Origin: a virus
Lineage: Duplodnaviria; Caudoviricetes
Length of the DNA stretch: 64,000 nucleotides
Strand: one strand, 5' to 3'
Virus record (IMG/VR): IMGVR_UViG_3300032007_000073
Span: 8,402 to 72,401 of that record
Part shown: positions 10,301 to 18,747 of the stretch, piece by piece
Layout of the letters: the number at the start of each line of letters is the position of its first letter
How positions within the stretch are numbered: the first letter of the stretch is position 1
Made by a program: the position numbers and the translations under genes
Notes under the pieces: generated by a model
The model's database searches: none
Seen by the model: only the letters and a program-made list of their open reading frames with translations
Told to the model about the DNA's origin: nothing

Positions 10301-13300
10301 GGTGGGGTTTGTATTTTGCAGAGAATAAAGATACGAGCGAAAAATACAGACAAGCTTTGTTATCTAAAAGATTGGGTGTTCCTTTATGGAATAGTAATAT
10401 AGAAGGAAATATATATGAAATTGAAGGTAAAAAGAATTTAAAAGAAATAAGTAAGCTTTTAAGTACAGAAGAAACAAATGAAGCAGTGTTAGAAGCAACA
10501 GAAAAAAACAACTACAAACCTATAAAAGATTTATTAAAAAATACAATAAAATACTTACAAGAGAATATTAATAATGAAGATAGAGAACAAATAGAAGGTA
10601 TAGACGATAAAAAATTATTAGAAGAATTGCAAAGTATAGATATAGATAATATTAAAATAACACAAGATAAAGGACAAACTTTTAAGGTAGATATACCGGA
10701 AAACGATGTGTTGTTAGACGAAGATAAAACTTTTGAAGAACAACCGGAAAAGGTACAAAAAGCATTAAAAGAAATCGCAGAAAAAGAACTTGAAAAAGAT
10801 GTGCAAACTGATTTTTTAAAAGGGTACGAGTATGAAATAAAATATCAAGAAGAACATCCCGAAGCAAAAGATTTTAATCTTAGTGCAGAAATAAATAACC
10901 TTGCGAAATCCGGAAAAGAAAGAACAATAGAACTTATTAAAAAATACAACTTTAATGAAGAAAGGCAAGTAAAAATAGATTTTATAAATTCTATAAAAAA
11001 TATTGATGATTTTATAATTAGCAGCAAACCTATTGATTTTAAGAATTATAAAGGAGAAGATTTTACAGGTAAAGAAATATATGATGCTATAACATTTAAT
11101 TTGAAAGGTAAAGATGCAGATCGTAAGGAAGCAAGTTTATTATTAAACAAATACGGTGTAAAAGGTATAAGTTATAACGGCGGTATTGACGGTAGAGCTT
11201 ATGTAATATTTGATGATAAAGCTGTAAAAGTTTTAGAGAAGTTTTATCAAGAACAGCAGCAAGAGCAGCCGAGAGGGAGTACTACGATTTACGACAGACA
11301 ATATTTTATTGATTTGTTCAGTGCTTCCGACAAGAGTACATTGTTGCATGAAACAGGACATGTGTTTTTGAGTGAGATACTTTATTTTGCAAGATCTAAA
11401 AATGCTTCTAAAAAAGTTTTGGAAATTAAAAAGAAGCTTGATGAGTGGTTGGGTGAGCCGGAAGATAACGGCAGATATTCTACAAGGCAACAAGAGTTGT
11501 TTGCGACAAGTGCCGAAGCTTTCTTTAGAGAAGGTAAAGCTCCGACTGCTAAACTTAAAACTGTGTTTGAAAGATTTAAAAAGTGGTTAAGTGATATATA
11601 TGACAGAATTAAAGATGATTTGCCGAAGATTAACGATGATGTTAGAGAGTTGTTTAATACAATCTTGAGCAGAAGTTATGATGTGCCGGACAGTAATATT
11701 TATGCCGGTAAAGAAAGTGCTATTAAAGAAGTTATTAAAAATATTCAAGAAGGCAGAGCGAGCGAAGTTGACGGTATAACTATTGATGATGTGTACAATT
11801 TGTTAAATGTTGCATACACAAGAAAGCCGAGTAAACCTTCCAAAAACTTAAAACAGTTATTAAATGATAAAAATATTTACGACTTTAATGAGTTGAATAA
11901 AGCCGGTGCGGATACCGTATTGCAAATTTTAAAAGACGGCGGATATGTTAAAGAAGATGCTACGGCGGAAGCTGCGGTTGAACTTGCAAAAGCCGCACTT
12001 GACGGGAATCCTGTTTACAGGTTAGCGGATCAGTGGAGAGTTGCAGGCGATATTGATTTTGCAAGAAATCTGCGAGTTTTGGAGAAGGTTATAGAGTTTA
12101 GCCAGATAGACAGCACTTTGGAAAAGATATTATCCTTGCAAGAAGAAGGGTACAGAAATGTGGAGCAGGGCGATGTTGATAAGGTGCAAGATGAGTATAA
12201 AAGGTTGATGAGTGCGGATGTTAAAGAAGCTAAAAAGATTGTGGAAGATATAATTAATCGTTTGCATAAAAAAAGATTTATTGACAGGGCTGCACAAAAG
12301 CAGATGATTAATGATTTAAAGTTTTCTGCTACGGCAGAAGAAATACAAGAGAGTGTGTTAAATGTTATTGAAGATTTGCAAGATGAAATTAAGTTGGTTA
12401 AAGAGCAGTTAAGGAATCCGAGAAAGCCGATAGTTAGAAAAGATAAAACTGTTTTGCCGCCGAAAAATGCTACGGAAGAAGAAAAGAATAATTATAAGAA
12501 GTATATGAGAAAACAGATAAACAGATTGTTGAAGCAGGCACTTCCGAGAAAACAAAATCAGCAGAAGTTTTCTAAGTTTGACGAGCAGACACAAAGATTT
12601 TTTACGGACCTTGAAAAGTATAACAAGATGACTATTGAGCAAGCTCAAGGAGAGTTGTATCAGAGAGCGACAAGTATTATTGATGATGAAGGTGTTGGAT
12701 TGGATAATTATGAGAAAATGAAAAATATGTTTTTATCTTATAAGGCTAATAAGGTAAATCAGAATACGACCGAGTTTTATAAGCAGCTTTATGATAATTT
12801 GATGCAGATTAATGTGTTTGGCAGAAATGCTAAAGAGATTGAAGAAACATTAAAAAAAGAGCAAATACAGAAAGATATAAATGATTTGGTGGTTAACATT
12901 GAAGATAATAAAAGTAAAAACGGGTTAACTGCCGGAGTAAAGAAACAGTATATAAAGTGGTTAGGTAATTGGTGGAGTACCATAAATGCTATTGCCGGAA
13001 AGAAGCAAGCTGATAAAGATAGTTTGGAAAGAATTGAAATTGATATTTTTAACAAGAATTATGAAACGACAGAAAACTTAAAAACAAAATGTGCTGCTGC
13101 TTTAGGTTTGAAAAATGCTACCGATTTGGATATGACCGTTAACAGATATTTGAACGAAGAATATACTTATGAAGAATTGGATGCAAGAAGCGGTACAAGT
13201 AATGCGGTTAAATTGAATAAGATGCAGCTTATATGTTGTTATATTTGGATGAAAAATGACAACTTAAAAGAGAGAATTGTAAGAGCTTTTGGTAATGTAC

Positions 13301-14853
13301 AGATTATGGATATGATGGATAAGCTCACAATTCAAGATAAAAAGTTTGGTGATGAATTACAAAAAGCAGTTGCTTCGTTGTATGACGATATTAACAAGGT
13401 GTATTTAAAGATGTACGGGTTGGATATGCCGCAAGCAGAAAATTATTTCCCTTCTTCTGTTGAAAGGATACAAGGTAATATGGATTTGCTTAAAGATAAT
13501 ATAGGGCAAGTATCATCGCCCGGATTTATTAAGGCAAGAGTGCAAAGTAATTTACCGTTAATGAATTTTGGTAATCCGGTAAAGATAGCTTTAGATCATA
13601 TAACGAAAGTAAATCATTTTATTTATATGCAAGAAAAACTTGCAGATTTGAATAAGGTTTATAAAACTACTGTAGTTAAAAGGCATATAACTAATGCTTA
13701 CGGTGATAGAGTATATAAATATATTTTGCAAGTGTTAGATAATGCAAAGTTTTCTACCGTTGCAAGAACTATTGACGGTATAAGCGATATAGGTGATTAT
13801 TTAGTTAACAATTATGTGTTAACTAAAATTGCTGTTAAGCCGAGTATTATGATTAAGCAGTTGTTATCGTGCATAAACTATGCGGAAGATATGAGTAGTG
13901 TAAAATGGTTTGAAGGGTTTTTGAAAGGTGTTACAACTCCGAAAAAAGTTATTGATTTTATGATGAAAAACAGTAAGTATTGCCAAAGCAGATTTGCAAA
14001 AGGCGGACAAACAGAAGCTTTGTTAAAAGCTATGGAAGGCAGTAATGCAACTTTTGCAAAGGTAAAAACTTTTAAGGGTATGCTTAGTTGGATGACAAGA
14101 GTTGGTGATATAGGTGCAATTATATTCGGTGGGTATCCGTATGTTGTGGATCAGATGAGCAAGGGTGTATCTTTGAAAACAGCTATTGAGAATTTTGAGA
14201 GAGCTACGATAAGAAGTCAGCAGGCAAGTTTACCTTCTACATTGAGTAATTTTCAGTATCGTGGTATGAATAGTTGGTTATATAGAGCTATGTTTGCTTT
14301 TGCTAATACTCCGAATCAGTACAGCAGAAAGATTGGTGATACGATGTATATGTATTTTCATGGCGATATAAATAAAAAGCAGGCGGCTAAAAATTTATTG
14401 ATTTACGGTGTGCTAAATTCTTTCTTATATACTTCGTTTACTTCTCTTGCGATTCTTTCCGGGTTGGTTAGCGGTGATTGGGATGATTTAAAAGATGATA
14501 TTATTATGAGTTTGATGCAGTGTAGTAATGTGTTGGCACTGCCGATAATATCGCAAGCTTATAACAGTTTTGTATCTAAAGTGGTTACAGGTGATTTTAC
14601 TCCGGATAAAGAGATACCGTTACTTGATGATATGGTTAAGATTATGAGGACCGCTACGAAAGATGAGCTTGAGTTTAAAGATTGGTTGACGATTATAGAT
14701 GAAGTTTCAAGTTTGGTTTTGGGTGTGCCGGTAAAGACATTGTACAATGAGTTTGTAGGATCTACCAAAGATTTACTTGACGGTGAGTATGGTAAGTTTG
14801 CAGTTAAGTTGTACGGTGCGACAGAAAGCAGGGCTAATAAAATTTTTGATTAA
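7318..14853 (+). CDS. Large internal virion / polyvalent protein (gp16-like position) with two ART-PolyVal-like domains and an HExxH metallopeptidase-like motif
   Basis: 2511 aa. 'KAPNGKDSNL...VRTKAFKNWFGDW...SKIVDENGEPKVCYHGT' (~9480-10200) and 'AYHGTPHRFDTFSTDKIGTGEGAQAHGWGLYFAEN' (~10220); 'STLLHETGH' (HETGH at 11347-11361); C-terminal hydrophobic segments typical of ejectosome proteins. Confidence 0.75.
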   Translation: MNSEEIFNNIKNNTRTTVTKEFDPQEVLKSIGLDRTQDIDKNVADQKVEPQYVDADKPKFVQPERRSYFVAGNANNNEINTTAQRPNEIEYEADVVDDEKKKDNYFGLSKLATNKKDIVKNALKYVVQAPNLIQNAANTIGMFTGKSGEDVIKEGVRGFAGSTVDFASAMTRFFGQNYMYFKGMKDKLIDEAANIGSVLTGGEDFSDDIKQKYTDFYNRIDRQTQEFKDKTERFLQYTGIGKTDKDGFIYDLVGGGASLLYAIGATVVTKSPASAAEVFGAYQYQSLYEEGIEKGFSPIKARSIGVAGGAAEGALELVGLHVLIETLAARKSFAKILKSAATEFIQEASQQGAEEILATTSGMRTESVSEILANVGYAGLIGALIGGGSATVSNTRFVQKMISDSATKELINIGVKDEYAKQMVNNMLDFSVSPQVADELNSMLKDEQSPVTYKNADPRETYKEFGDTVKKALDPQQKRGVELEFLQEKKKKIQEYADALINSGKVANKDEAYRQAENAVSFYDDLVMEAYNQDNIRPAEYYKRFNVNAQSGDIETDERNIDDNNISLDDSFNPIDFDETERAKYEAEIEGYEDWLADEQKRSGIRNNFKTQKNILADMGIGKIRKLDKGNDRYGEYEALSPRIKSSFFTDVPTAMTWDEAEHILQQHNGDSADIFDYFDTIDKSVPVGQEGYLQKGIFNKVLAKEKEDIKQKAVADGTFLKAPNGKDSNLPEQLWLVVRTKAFKNWFGDWLNDPQNASKIVDENGEPKVCYHGTPLSRKQKTKNTGWYTDENGEEHYRRQEAPFNIFRGGAYNGLIFFSTDRAKAKEIANYRSMHIQDDEKGNEQWTEEGYVYDVFLNSKNPLNVANKKVVNEILDSIGNIEAYDFYTNKLTKITKDEAAEILSGNNSWMVAETKQFLDAIKAQGYDALQAKDEGVEYTAVFKPNQIKSINNRGTFDTNNPDIYYQAAYHGTPHRFDTFSTDKIGTGEGAQAHGWGLYFAENKDTSEKYRQALLSKRLGVPLWNSNIEGNIYEIEGKKNLKEISKLLSTEETNEAVLEATEKNNYKPIKDLLKNTIKYLQENINNEDREQIEGIDDKKLLEELQSIDIDNIKITQDKGQTFKVDIPENDVLLDEDKTFEEQPEKVQKALKEIAEKELEKDVQTDFLKGYEYEIKYQEEHPEAKDFNLSAEINNLAKSGKERTIELIKKYNFNEERQVKIDFINSIKNIDDFIISSKPIDFKNYKGEDFTGKEIYDAITFNLKGKDADRKEASLLLNKYGVKGISYNGGIDGRAYVIFDDKAVKVLEKFYQEQQQEQPRGSTTIYDRQYFIDLFSASDKSTLLHETGHVFLSEILYFARSKNASKKVLEIKKKLDEWLGEPEDNGRYSTRQQELFATSAEAFFREGKAPTAKLKTVFERFKKWLSDIYDRIKDDLPKINDDVRELFNTILSRSYDVPDSNIYAGKESAIKEVIKNIQEGRASEVDGITIDDVYNLLNVAYTRKPSKPSKNLKQLLNDKNIYDFNELNKAGADTVLQILKDGGYVKEDATAEAAVELAKAALDGNPVYRLADQWRVAGDIDFARNLRVLEKVIEFSQIDSTLEKILSLQEEGYRNVEQGDVDKVQDEYKRLMSADVKEAKKIVEDIINRLHKKRFIDRAAQKQMINDLKFSATAEEIQESVLNVIEDLQDEIKLVKEQLRNPRKPIVRKDKTVLPPKNATEEEKNNYKKYMRKQINRLLKQALPRKQNQQKFSKFDEQTQRFFTDLEKYNKMTIEQAQGELYQRATSIIDDEGVGLDNYEKMKNMFLSYKANKVNQNTTEFYKQLYDNLMQINVFGRNAKEIEETLKKEQIQKDINDLVVNIEDNKSKNGLTAGVKKQYIKWLGNWWSTINAIAGKKQADKDSLERIEIDIFNKNYETTENLKTKCAAALGLKNATDLDMTVNRYLNEEYTYEELDARSGTSNAVKLNKMQLICCYIWMKNDNLKERIVRAFGNVQIMDMMDKLTIQDKKFGDELQKAVASLYDDINKVYLKMYGLDMPQAENYFPSSVERIQGNMDLLKDNIGQVSSPGFIKARVQSNLPLMNFGNPVKIALDHITKVNHFIYMQEKLADLNKVYKTTVVKRHITNAYGDRVYKYILQVLDNAKFSTVARTIDGISDIGDYLVNNYVLTKIAVKPSIMIKQLLSCINYAEDMSSVKWFEGFLKGVTTPKKVIDFMMKNSKYCQSRFAKGGQTEALLKAMEGSNATFAKVKTFKGMLSWMTRVGDIGAIIFGGYPYVVDQMSKGVSLKTAIENFERATIRSQQASLPSTLSNFQYRGMNSWLYRAMFAFANTPNQYSRKIGDTMYMYFHGDINKKQAAKNLLIYGVLNSFLYTSFTSLAILSGLVSGDWDDLKDDIIMSLMQCSNVLALPIISQAYNSFVSKVVTGDFTPDKEIPLLDDMVKIMRTATKDELEFKDWLTIIDEVSSLVLGVPVKTLYNEFVGSTKDLLDGEYGKFAVKLYGATESRANKIFD

Positions 14854-14877
14854 AATATTTTTTAAGGGGGTAGTGTA

Positions 14878-15168
14878 ATGAGTACTACTGCGATGAAGTT
14901 TGTAGATTTAGTTAAAGACAGTGTTGCTGTTGAGCAGGCAATAAGGCACGAAGGAAGAAACAATGTTATTTCCGTTAGCGGTATCACCGGGAACGGTATA
15001 TTGAAATTTGAAGTGTCTGTTGATGACGGTACAACATGGGTAGAAGATTCGTCTTTGGAGTTTAGCGAAGATGGTGTTAAAGTGTTACATAATGCTCCGG
15101 CAATTCTTAAAGCTAAGTTGGATGATGTAACGGATGCATCAGCTATAGCAGTACAGTTAGGTTATTAA
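14878..15168 (+). CDS. Small virion/tail-fibre-associated protein
   Basis: 96 aa, beta-rich, good RBS; positional counterpart of 61241-61516. Confidence 0.5.
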   Translation: MSTTAMKFVDLVKDSVAVEQAIRHEGRNNVISVSGITGNGILKFEVSVDDGTTWVEDSSLEFSEDGVKVLHNAPAILKAKLDDVTDASAIAVQLGY

Positions 15169-15181
15169 GGGGGTGTTTGAT

Positions 15182-15517
15182 ATGGGTATGGAAAAAGGTA
15201 GCGGTTTAAATTTTGCTTCCGCCGGAAACAACAGCGGTAAAGTGATTATAGACGGGGACAATACTAATCTTAATGTTAAGGGTGGAGAAGTATATAAGTT
15301 TGGTGTAATAGATGAGTTGGTATTGACAACAGTATCAACTTCCGACAATGAAAGTGTTATTTATTTTACTACGGACAGTACTTTTACTTTTACGGATAAC
15401 AGCGGTATCAGATGGGGTAACGGAAATGAGTTGCCGACCTTTGAAGCAAACACTGTGTATTGTATTGTTGTCCGCAACGGTCTTGCAGAGATAGATAATT
15501 TTGGCAGTGCTTCATAA
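15182..15517 (+). CDS. Tail fibre-associated protein ending in the shared '...RNGLAEIDNFGSAS' domain
   Basis: ATG 15182 after a G-rich RBS. About 90 C-terminal aa align by eye with the C-terminus of 61519-62517. Confidence 0.65.
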   Translation: MGMEKGSGLNFASAGNNSGKVIIDGDNTNLNVKGGEVYKFGVIDELVLTTVSTSDNESVIYFTTDSTFTFTDNSGIRWGNGNELPTFEANTVYCIVVRNGLAEIDNFGSAS

Positions 15518-15530
15518 AGGGGGTGCGACT

Positions 15531-16127
15531 ATGAGTATGTTTTACGAGTTGATGATGAAGAAAAAGGGGATACCTTCAAGATACCAAGAAGTAGAGTATA
15601 TTGAAAGCACAGGCACACAATGGATAGATACAGGAATAGTTCCAAGTGCAACTATTCAATTTGTTTGTGATGTTGAATTTACAGATATATTGGTTGGCAG
15701 AGTTGGAACAATTAAAAGTATTCCAGGGAAAAATTATGCAAATAGACACTATTTCGGAGTTCTTTCGTCTAGATTTATAGGTGCAAACGGAAATATATAT
15801 AATCATTCAATCACTAATGCAAACACGAATAGACATATTTTTAGTTTAGACAATAAAGGGTTGTCAATAGACAATGTTCTAGTATATTCGCATACAGGAG
15901 AATATGAAACAAATTTAAGTTTTTATTTATTTGCTTGCAACGACAACGGAAGTGCAAATTATTATTCAAAGGTAAAAATATACAACTCCCAAATCTATGA
16001 CAACAACAGATTAGTTCGTAATTTTATCCCTGTTTACGATACATTAACTAACAAGTATGGTATATGGGAAAGTGTGCAGGGCAAATTCTGCGGTAATGCA
16101 GGAACAGGAGATTTTATAGGAGCATAA
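15531..16127 (+). CDS. Putative receptor-binding / tail fibre tip protein (lectin-like)
   Basis: Likely start ATG 15531 (MSMFYELMMKKK, the same N-terminus as 62530). 'YQEVEYIESTGTQWIDTG...LVRNFIPV...GIWE.VQGKF.GNAGTGDF' is a motif I recognise from phage tail-tip proteins. Confidence 0.65.
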   Translation: MSMFYELMMKKKGIPSRYQEVEYIESTGTQWIDTGIVPSATIQFVCDVEFTDILVGRVGTIKSIPGKNYANRHYFGVLSSRFIGANGNIYNHSITNANTNRHIFSLDNKGLSIDNVLVYSHTGEYETNLSFYLFACNDNGSANYYSKVKIYNSQIYDNNRLVRNFIPVYDTLTNKYGIWESVQGKFCGNAGTGDFIGA

Positions 16128-16136
16128 GGGGGAAAT

Positions 16137-16544
16137 ATGTTTGGTAAAATAATTGACGGAAAACTTGTAATTGCAGGGCAGATAGTAAAAGACGGAAACA
16201 CAACGATAACAAATCCAACGGAAGAAAAGTTGAGAGAGTTAGGTTATAAAGAAATTGAATATACAGAAAAGCCGACATTTAACAAAGAAGAAGAAAAGTT
16301 GCAAGAGATTTATACTGACGGAGATAAGATAACAGTTAGTTATGAAGTTGTAGCACTAACGACAGAAGAACACAATGCTATTATTCAAGCCGAAATTGTT
16401 GCAGAAGAAAACAAGATTACACCGAGAAATATTCGTAATGCAATTAAGGGAGATACTTTTGCACTTGATAAGATAACGGAAATTGAAAGCAATATTTATC
16501 AGTTAAGACAAAAGTTAAGAACGGTAGAAGCCAATGAAGAATAA
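16137..16544 (+). CDS. Tail fibre assembly/chaperone-like protein
   Basis: 135 aa, follows the RBP gene; near-identical homologue at 63628->64000. Confidence 0.6.
   Translation: MFGKIIDGKLVIAGQIVKDGNTTITNPTEEKLRELGYKEIEYTEKPTFNKEEEKLQEIYTDGDKITVSYEVVALTTEEHNAIIQAEIVAEENKITPRNIRNAIKGDTFALDKITEIESNIYQLRQKLRTVEANEE
16380..16506 (+). repeat. 127-bp exact direct repeat, copy 1 (copy 2 = 63874-64000)
   Basis: Base-by-base identical; the base before differs (16379 t vs 63873 a). Offset 47,494 bp. Confidence 0.95.
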
Positions 16545-16767
16545 TTTAAAAAGATTATTTACTTTACCGAACATAGTAATAATATTATCTGCATTATATA
16601 TCTGCTTTCAAATTTACGAATTGCCGAGTAAAGTGTCTATTTTGGAAAACAGAGTTACTGCAGTAGAAAAAGAGAATATAACTCTTAAAACAAAATTAGA
16701 CCTTTGTCTAAATGCAATTTACGATATCAGGTCGGATATAAAGCAGTTGTTGAAAGATATCAAGTGA
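16534..16767 (+). CDS. Small membrane-anchored coiled-coil protein (lysis region, holin/antiholin-like)
   Basis: One N-terminal TM segment plus a coiled coil, at the start of the lysis cluster. Confidence 0.45.
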   Translation: MKNNLKRLFTLPNIVIILSALYICFQIYELPSKVSILENRVTAVEKENITLKTKLDLCLNAIYDIRSDIKQLLKDIK

Positions 16768-16915
16768 TAGGGTTGATATATAAGTAGTATTGCTCTTTCT
16801 TGAACACAATAACTATCGGCAACGAAGTTTGTTGATGCTCAAAAAACTCCATAAATATTTCAAAAGTATAACTGTTGCAGGGCTTCCTATCGGCTCTGCA
16901 CAAATAGGAGATAAA

Positions 16916-17149
16916 ATGTTTAAGAAATTAATTTACGATTTACTTTACAAAGCATTAGAATTTGTTTTAGTGGGTTTTTTAGGTTTTTGGATGTTTATAT
17001 TCATTGAGAAAACTTTTGCTACATTATGGGCAATTATAGGGCTTTCATTGATATTCTATTTCTTCAGTCCTATCATAAAGCCATATATTGACGAATTTAG
17101 AAAATGGATATATTCAAAGATAACAAAGAAAAATGAAAAAGATAATTAA
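16916..17149 (+). CDS. Holin candidate (2 TM)
   Basis: ATG 16916 after an AGGAG RBS; two hydrophobic segments and a basic C-terminus. Confidence 0.45.
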   Translation: MFKKLIYDLLYKALEFVLVGFLGFWMFIFIEKTFATLWAIIGLSLIFYFFSPIIKPYIDEFRKWIYSKITKKNEKDN

Positions 17150-17426
17150 TTATATCAAGTTAATGTTGCAAGATAGGGGTGGAACTCCGAACACAAAACT
17201 GCATTTCGGAAGTTTGTTTGCAATAGTTATGATAGTAGGTTTATTTGTGTCGGTAGATAATGCTTTATACCAAACATTTACTTTTGCGACATTATGCTTA
17301 TTTGGTATATCGGCAGTAGATAATTTAACTGCTCCGAAGATAGAAATAAACAAAAAAGAAACAAAAGAAACAAAGACGGAAATAGATGTTGACGGAATAG
17401 CCAAAACAATTAAAGGGAAGAAATGA
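17133..17426 (+). CDS. Holin candidate (2 TM, charged C-terminal tail)
   Basis: Hydrophobic helices 'LHFGSLFAIVMIVGLFV' and 'FTFATLCLFGISAV'; highly charged tail. Confidence 0.5.
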   Translation: MKKIINYIKLMLQDRGGTPNTKLHFGSLFAIVMIVGLFVSVDNALYQTFTFATLCLFGISAVDNLTAPKIEINKKETKETKTEIDVDGIAKTIKGKK

Positions 17427-17487
17427 TAGATTTTTACGATGATAAAGAGTATGAGTTAATTTATACAAGTTTCGGAACAGGAGCAAA

Positions 17488-17613
17488 ATGAAATATTGTG
17501 TTAATTGTATGAACTCAATAATAAAGTATAGTGGCAACGGATATTATTGTTGGTGCAGTAAATACAATAAGGAAGTTAGATTTTATGAGAAAGGTTGTCA
17601 GGAGCATAAGTGA
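17488..17613 (+). pseudogene. Disrupted small Cys-rich (CxxC) gene
   Basis: MKYCVNCMNSI* stops at codon 12. An offset frame reads KYSGNGYYCWCSKYNKE, then the original frame resumes LDFYEKGCQEHK*. Consistent with two compensating indels in a gene resembling 18025-18168. Confidence 0.4.
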
Positions 17614-17909
17614 GTGAAGTTAAAAACATTATTATTAGCATTATTATCTTTATTCTTTGGTCTGTCGGTTGCTTTTTGTCAGGATACATACTATCTAACC
17701 GACAAGCAATTAAACGAATTGAGCAATCAAATAACGAACTTGCAGAAAAACAACGAGAACTTGACGAACTTATTAAATCAACAGACGATAGAATTAGAAA
17801 CATTAGAGAACAGTTACTTGCAGAAATATCTAACAATGGAGCAACAACAAAAGAATTATCAAAACTTGTTGAACAGATACGAAAGCAGAGAATCAATATA
17901 CAGATATAG
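17610..17909 (+). CDS. i-spanin (Rz)-like protein
   Basis: GTG start, N-terminal TM, long coiled coil; upstream of the endolysin. Confidence 0.6.
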   Translation: MSEVKNIIISIIIFILWSVGCFLSGYILSNRQAIKRIEQSNNELAEKQRELDELIKSTDDRIRNIREQLLAEISNNGATTKELSKLVEQIRKQRINIQI

Positions 17910-17964
17910 CATTATCGGTGCTTTGGTGTTAGGTCTTTTAATCGGTGTAGTGGTAGCAAAGTGA
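17614..17964 (+). CDS. Second spanin-like protein overlapping 17610-17909 (signal peptide, coiled coil, C-terminal TM)
   Basis: GTG 4 nt downstream of the first start, in another frame; MKLKTLLLALLSLFFGLSVAFC signal-like N-terminus and C-terminal 'SIIGALVLGLLIGVVVAK'. Confidence 0.55.
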   Translation: MKLKTLLLALLSLFFGLSVAFCQDTYYLTDKQLNELSNQITNLQKNNENLTNLLNQQTIELETLENSYLQKYLTMEQQQKNYQNLLNRYESRESIYRYSIIGALVLGLLIGVVVAK

Positions 17965-18024
17965 TACCATATTTCCTAAACGGGAAAAAAGGTTATTTCA
18001 AGAAAATAGGGAAAATTGAAATAA

Positions 18025-18328
18025 ATGATTAAGTGTATTAATTGTCCTTACTTTGTGCAAAGTAATAACGGATATGAATATTGCTCATACTATTGTTGCG
18101 ATATAGATAGAGTTATATTGCTTAGTATGTGCCATTGGATAGAACAAGATGATAATAATAAAAACTAATATGGAAAAAATACCAACAAGTTGTAAAGAGT
18201 GCGACCTTAGAGTTGTAGCACCGAAGATGATAATGTGTCCTGTTTTGCACGATTGGATAGAGCCGTTTGAGTTTAAGAACGGTAAAGTAAAACTTGAAAA
18301 TTGTCCTTTGGAAGAACAAAAAAAATGA
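18025..18328 (+). CDS. Two small Cys-rich proteins (18025-18168, 47 aa; 18170-18328, 52 aa)
   Basis: Translated by hand: MIKCINCPYF...YCSYYCCD...; MEKIPTSCKEC...MCPV...NCPLEEQKK. The second is coupled to the endolysin by ATGA. Confidence 0.55.
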
Positions 18329-18747
18329 AACTAACTAAAAATTTTACTTTTGAGGAACTTACAAACACAAGCCACAAAGATTTATTGGCAGACAATATCT
18401 ATTATGCCGTAAACAATATGGATAAAGTTAAAGAGTTAGCTTTATTTGCTCAGGAAGTAAGAGAATTGTTAAATGTACCGATGACTGTAACAAGTGCCGT
18501 TAGATGTCCTTCGCTTAATACCAAAGTAGGTGGAACACCTACAAGCCAACATCAAAAAATAGAAGCAATAGATTTTATCCCTGCAAAAATATCATTGGAA
18601 AAAACATTTGATATTATAAGATATTCAAAACTCAAATTCGGACAATTAATAATTGAAAAGTCAGGAAATAAAGAATGGATACATATAAGTATCGGTAATA
18701 AAAGAGAAACTCTTTATTTTAACGGCAAAAAATATATAAAATTTTAG
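18325..18747 (+). CDS. Endolysin, peptidase M15A family (Zn peptidase)
   Basis: MKLTKNFTFEELT...VTSAVRCPSLNTKVGG..TSQH...AIDF...QLIIE...WIHIS (SxH...D...H zinc ligands). Confidence 0.88.
   Translation: MKLTKNFTFEELTNTSHKDLLADNIYYAVNNMDKVKELALFAQEVRELLNVPMTVTSAVRCPSLNTKVGGTPTSQHQKIEAIDFIPAKISLEKTFDIIRYSKLKFGQLIIEKSGNKEWIHISIGNKRETLYFNGKKYIKF

Noticed and set aside
918-14768. Many minus-strand ORFs of 60-160 aa over the podovirus genes
   Set aside because: Antisense shadows of long, motif-bearing + strand genes; no RBS or recognisable motifs.
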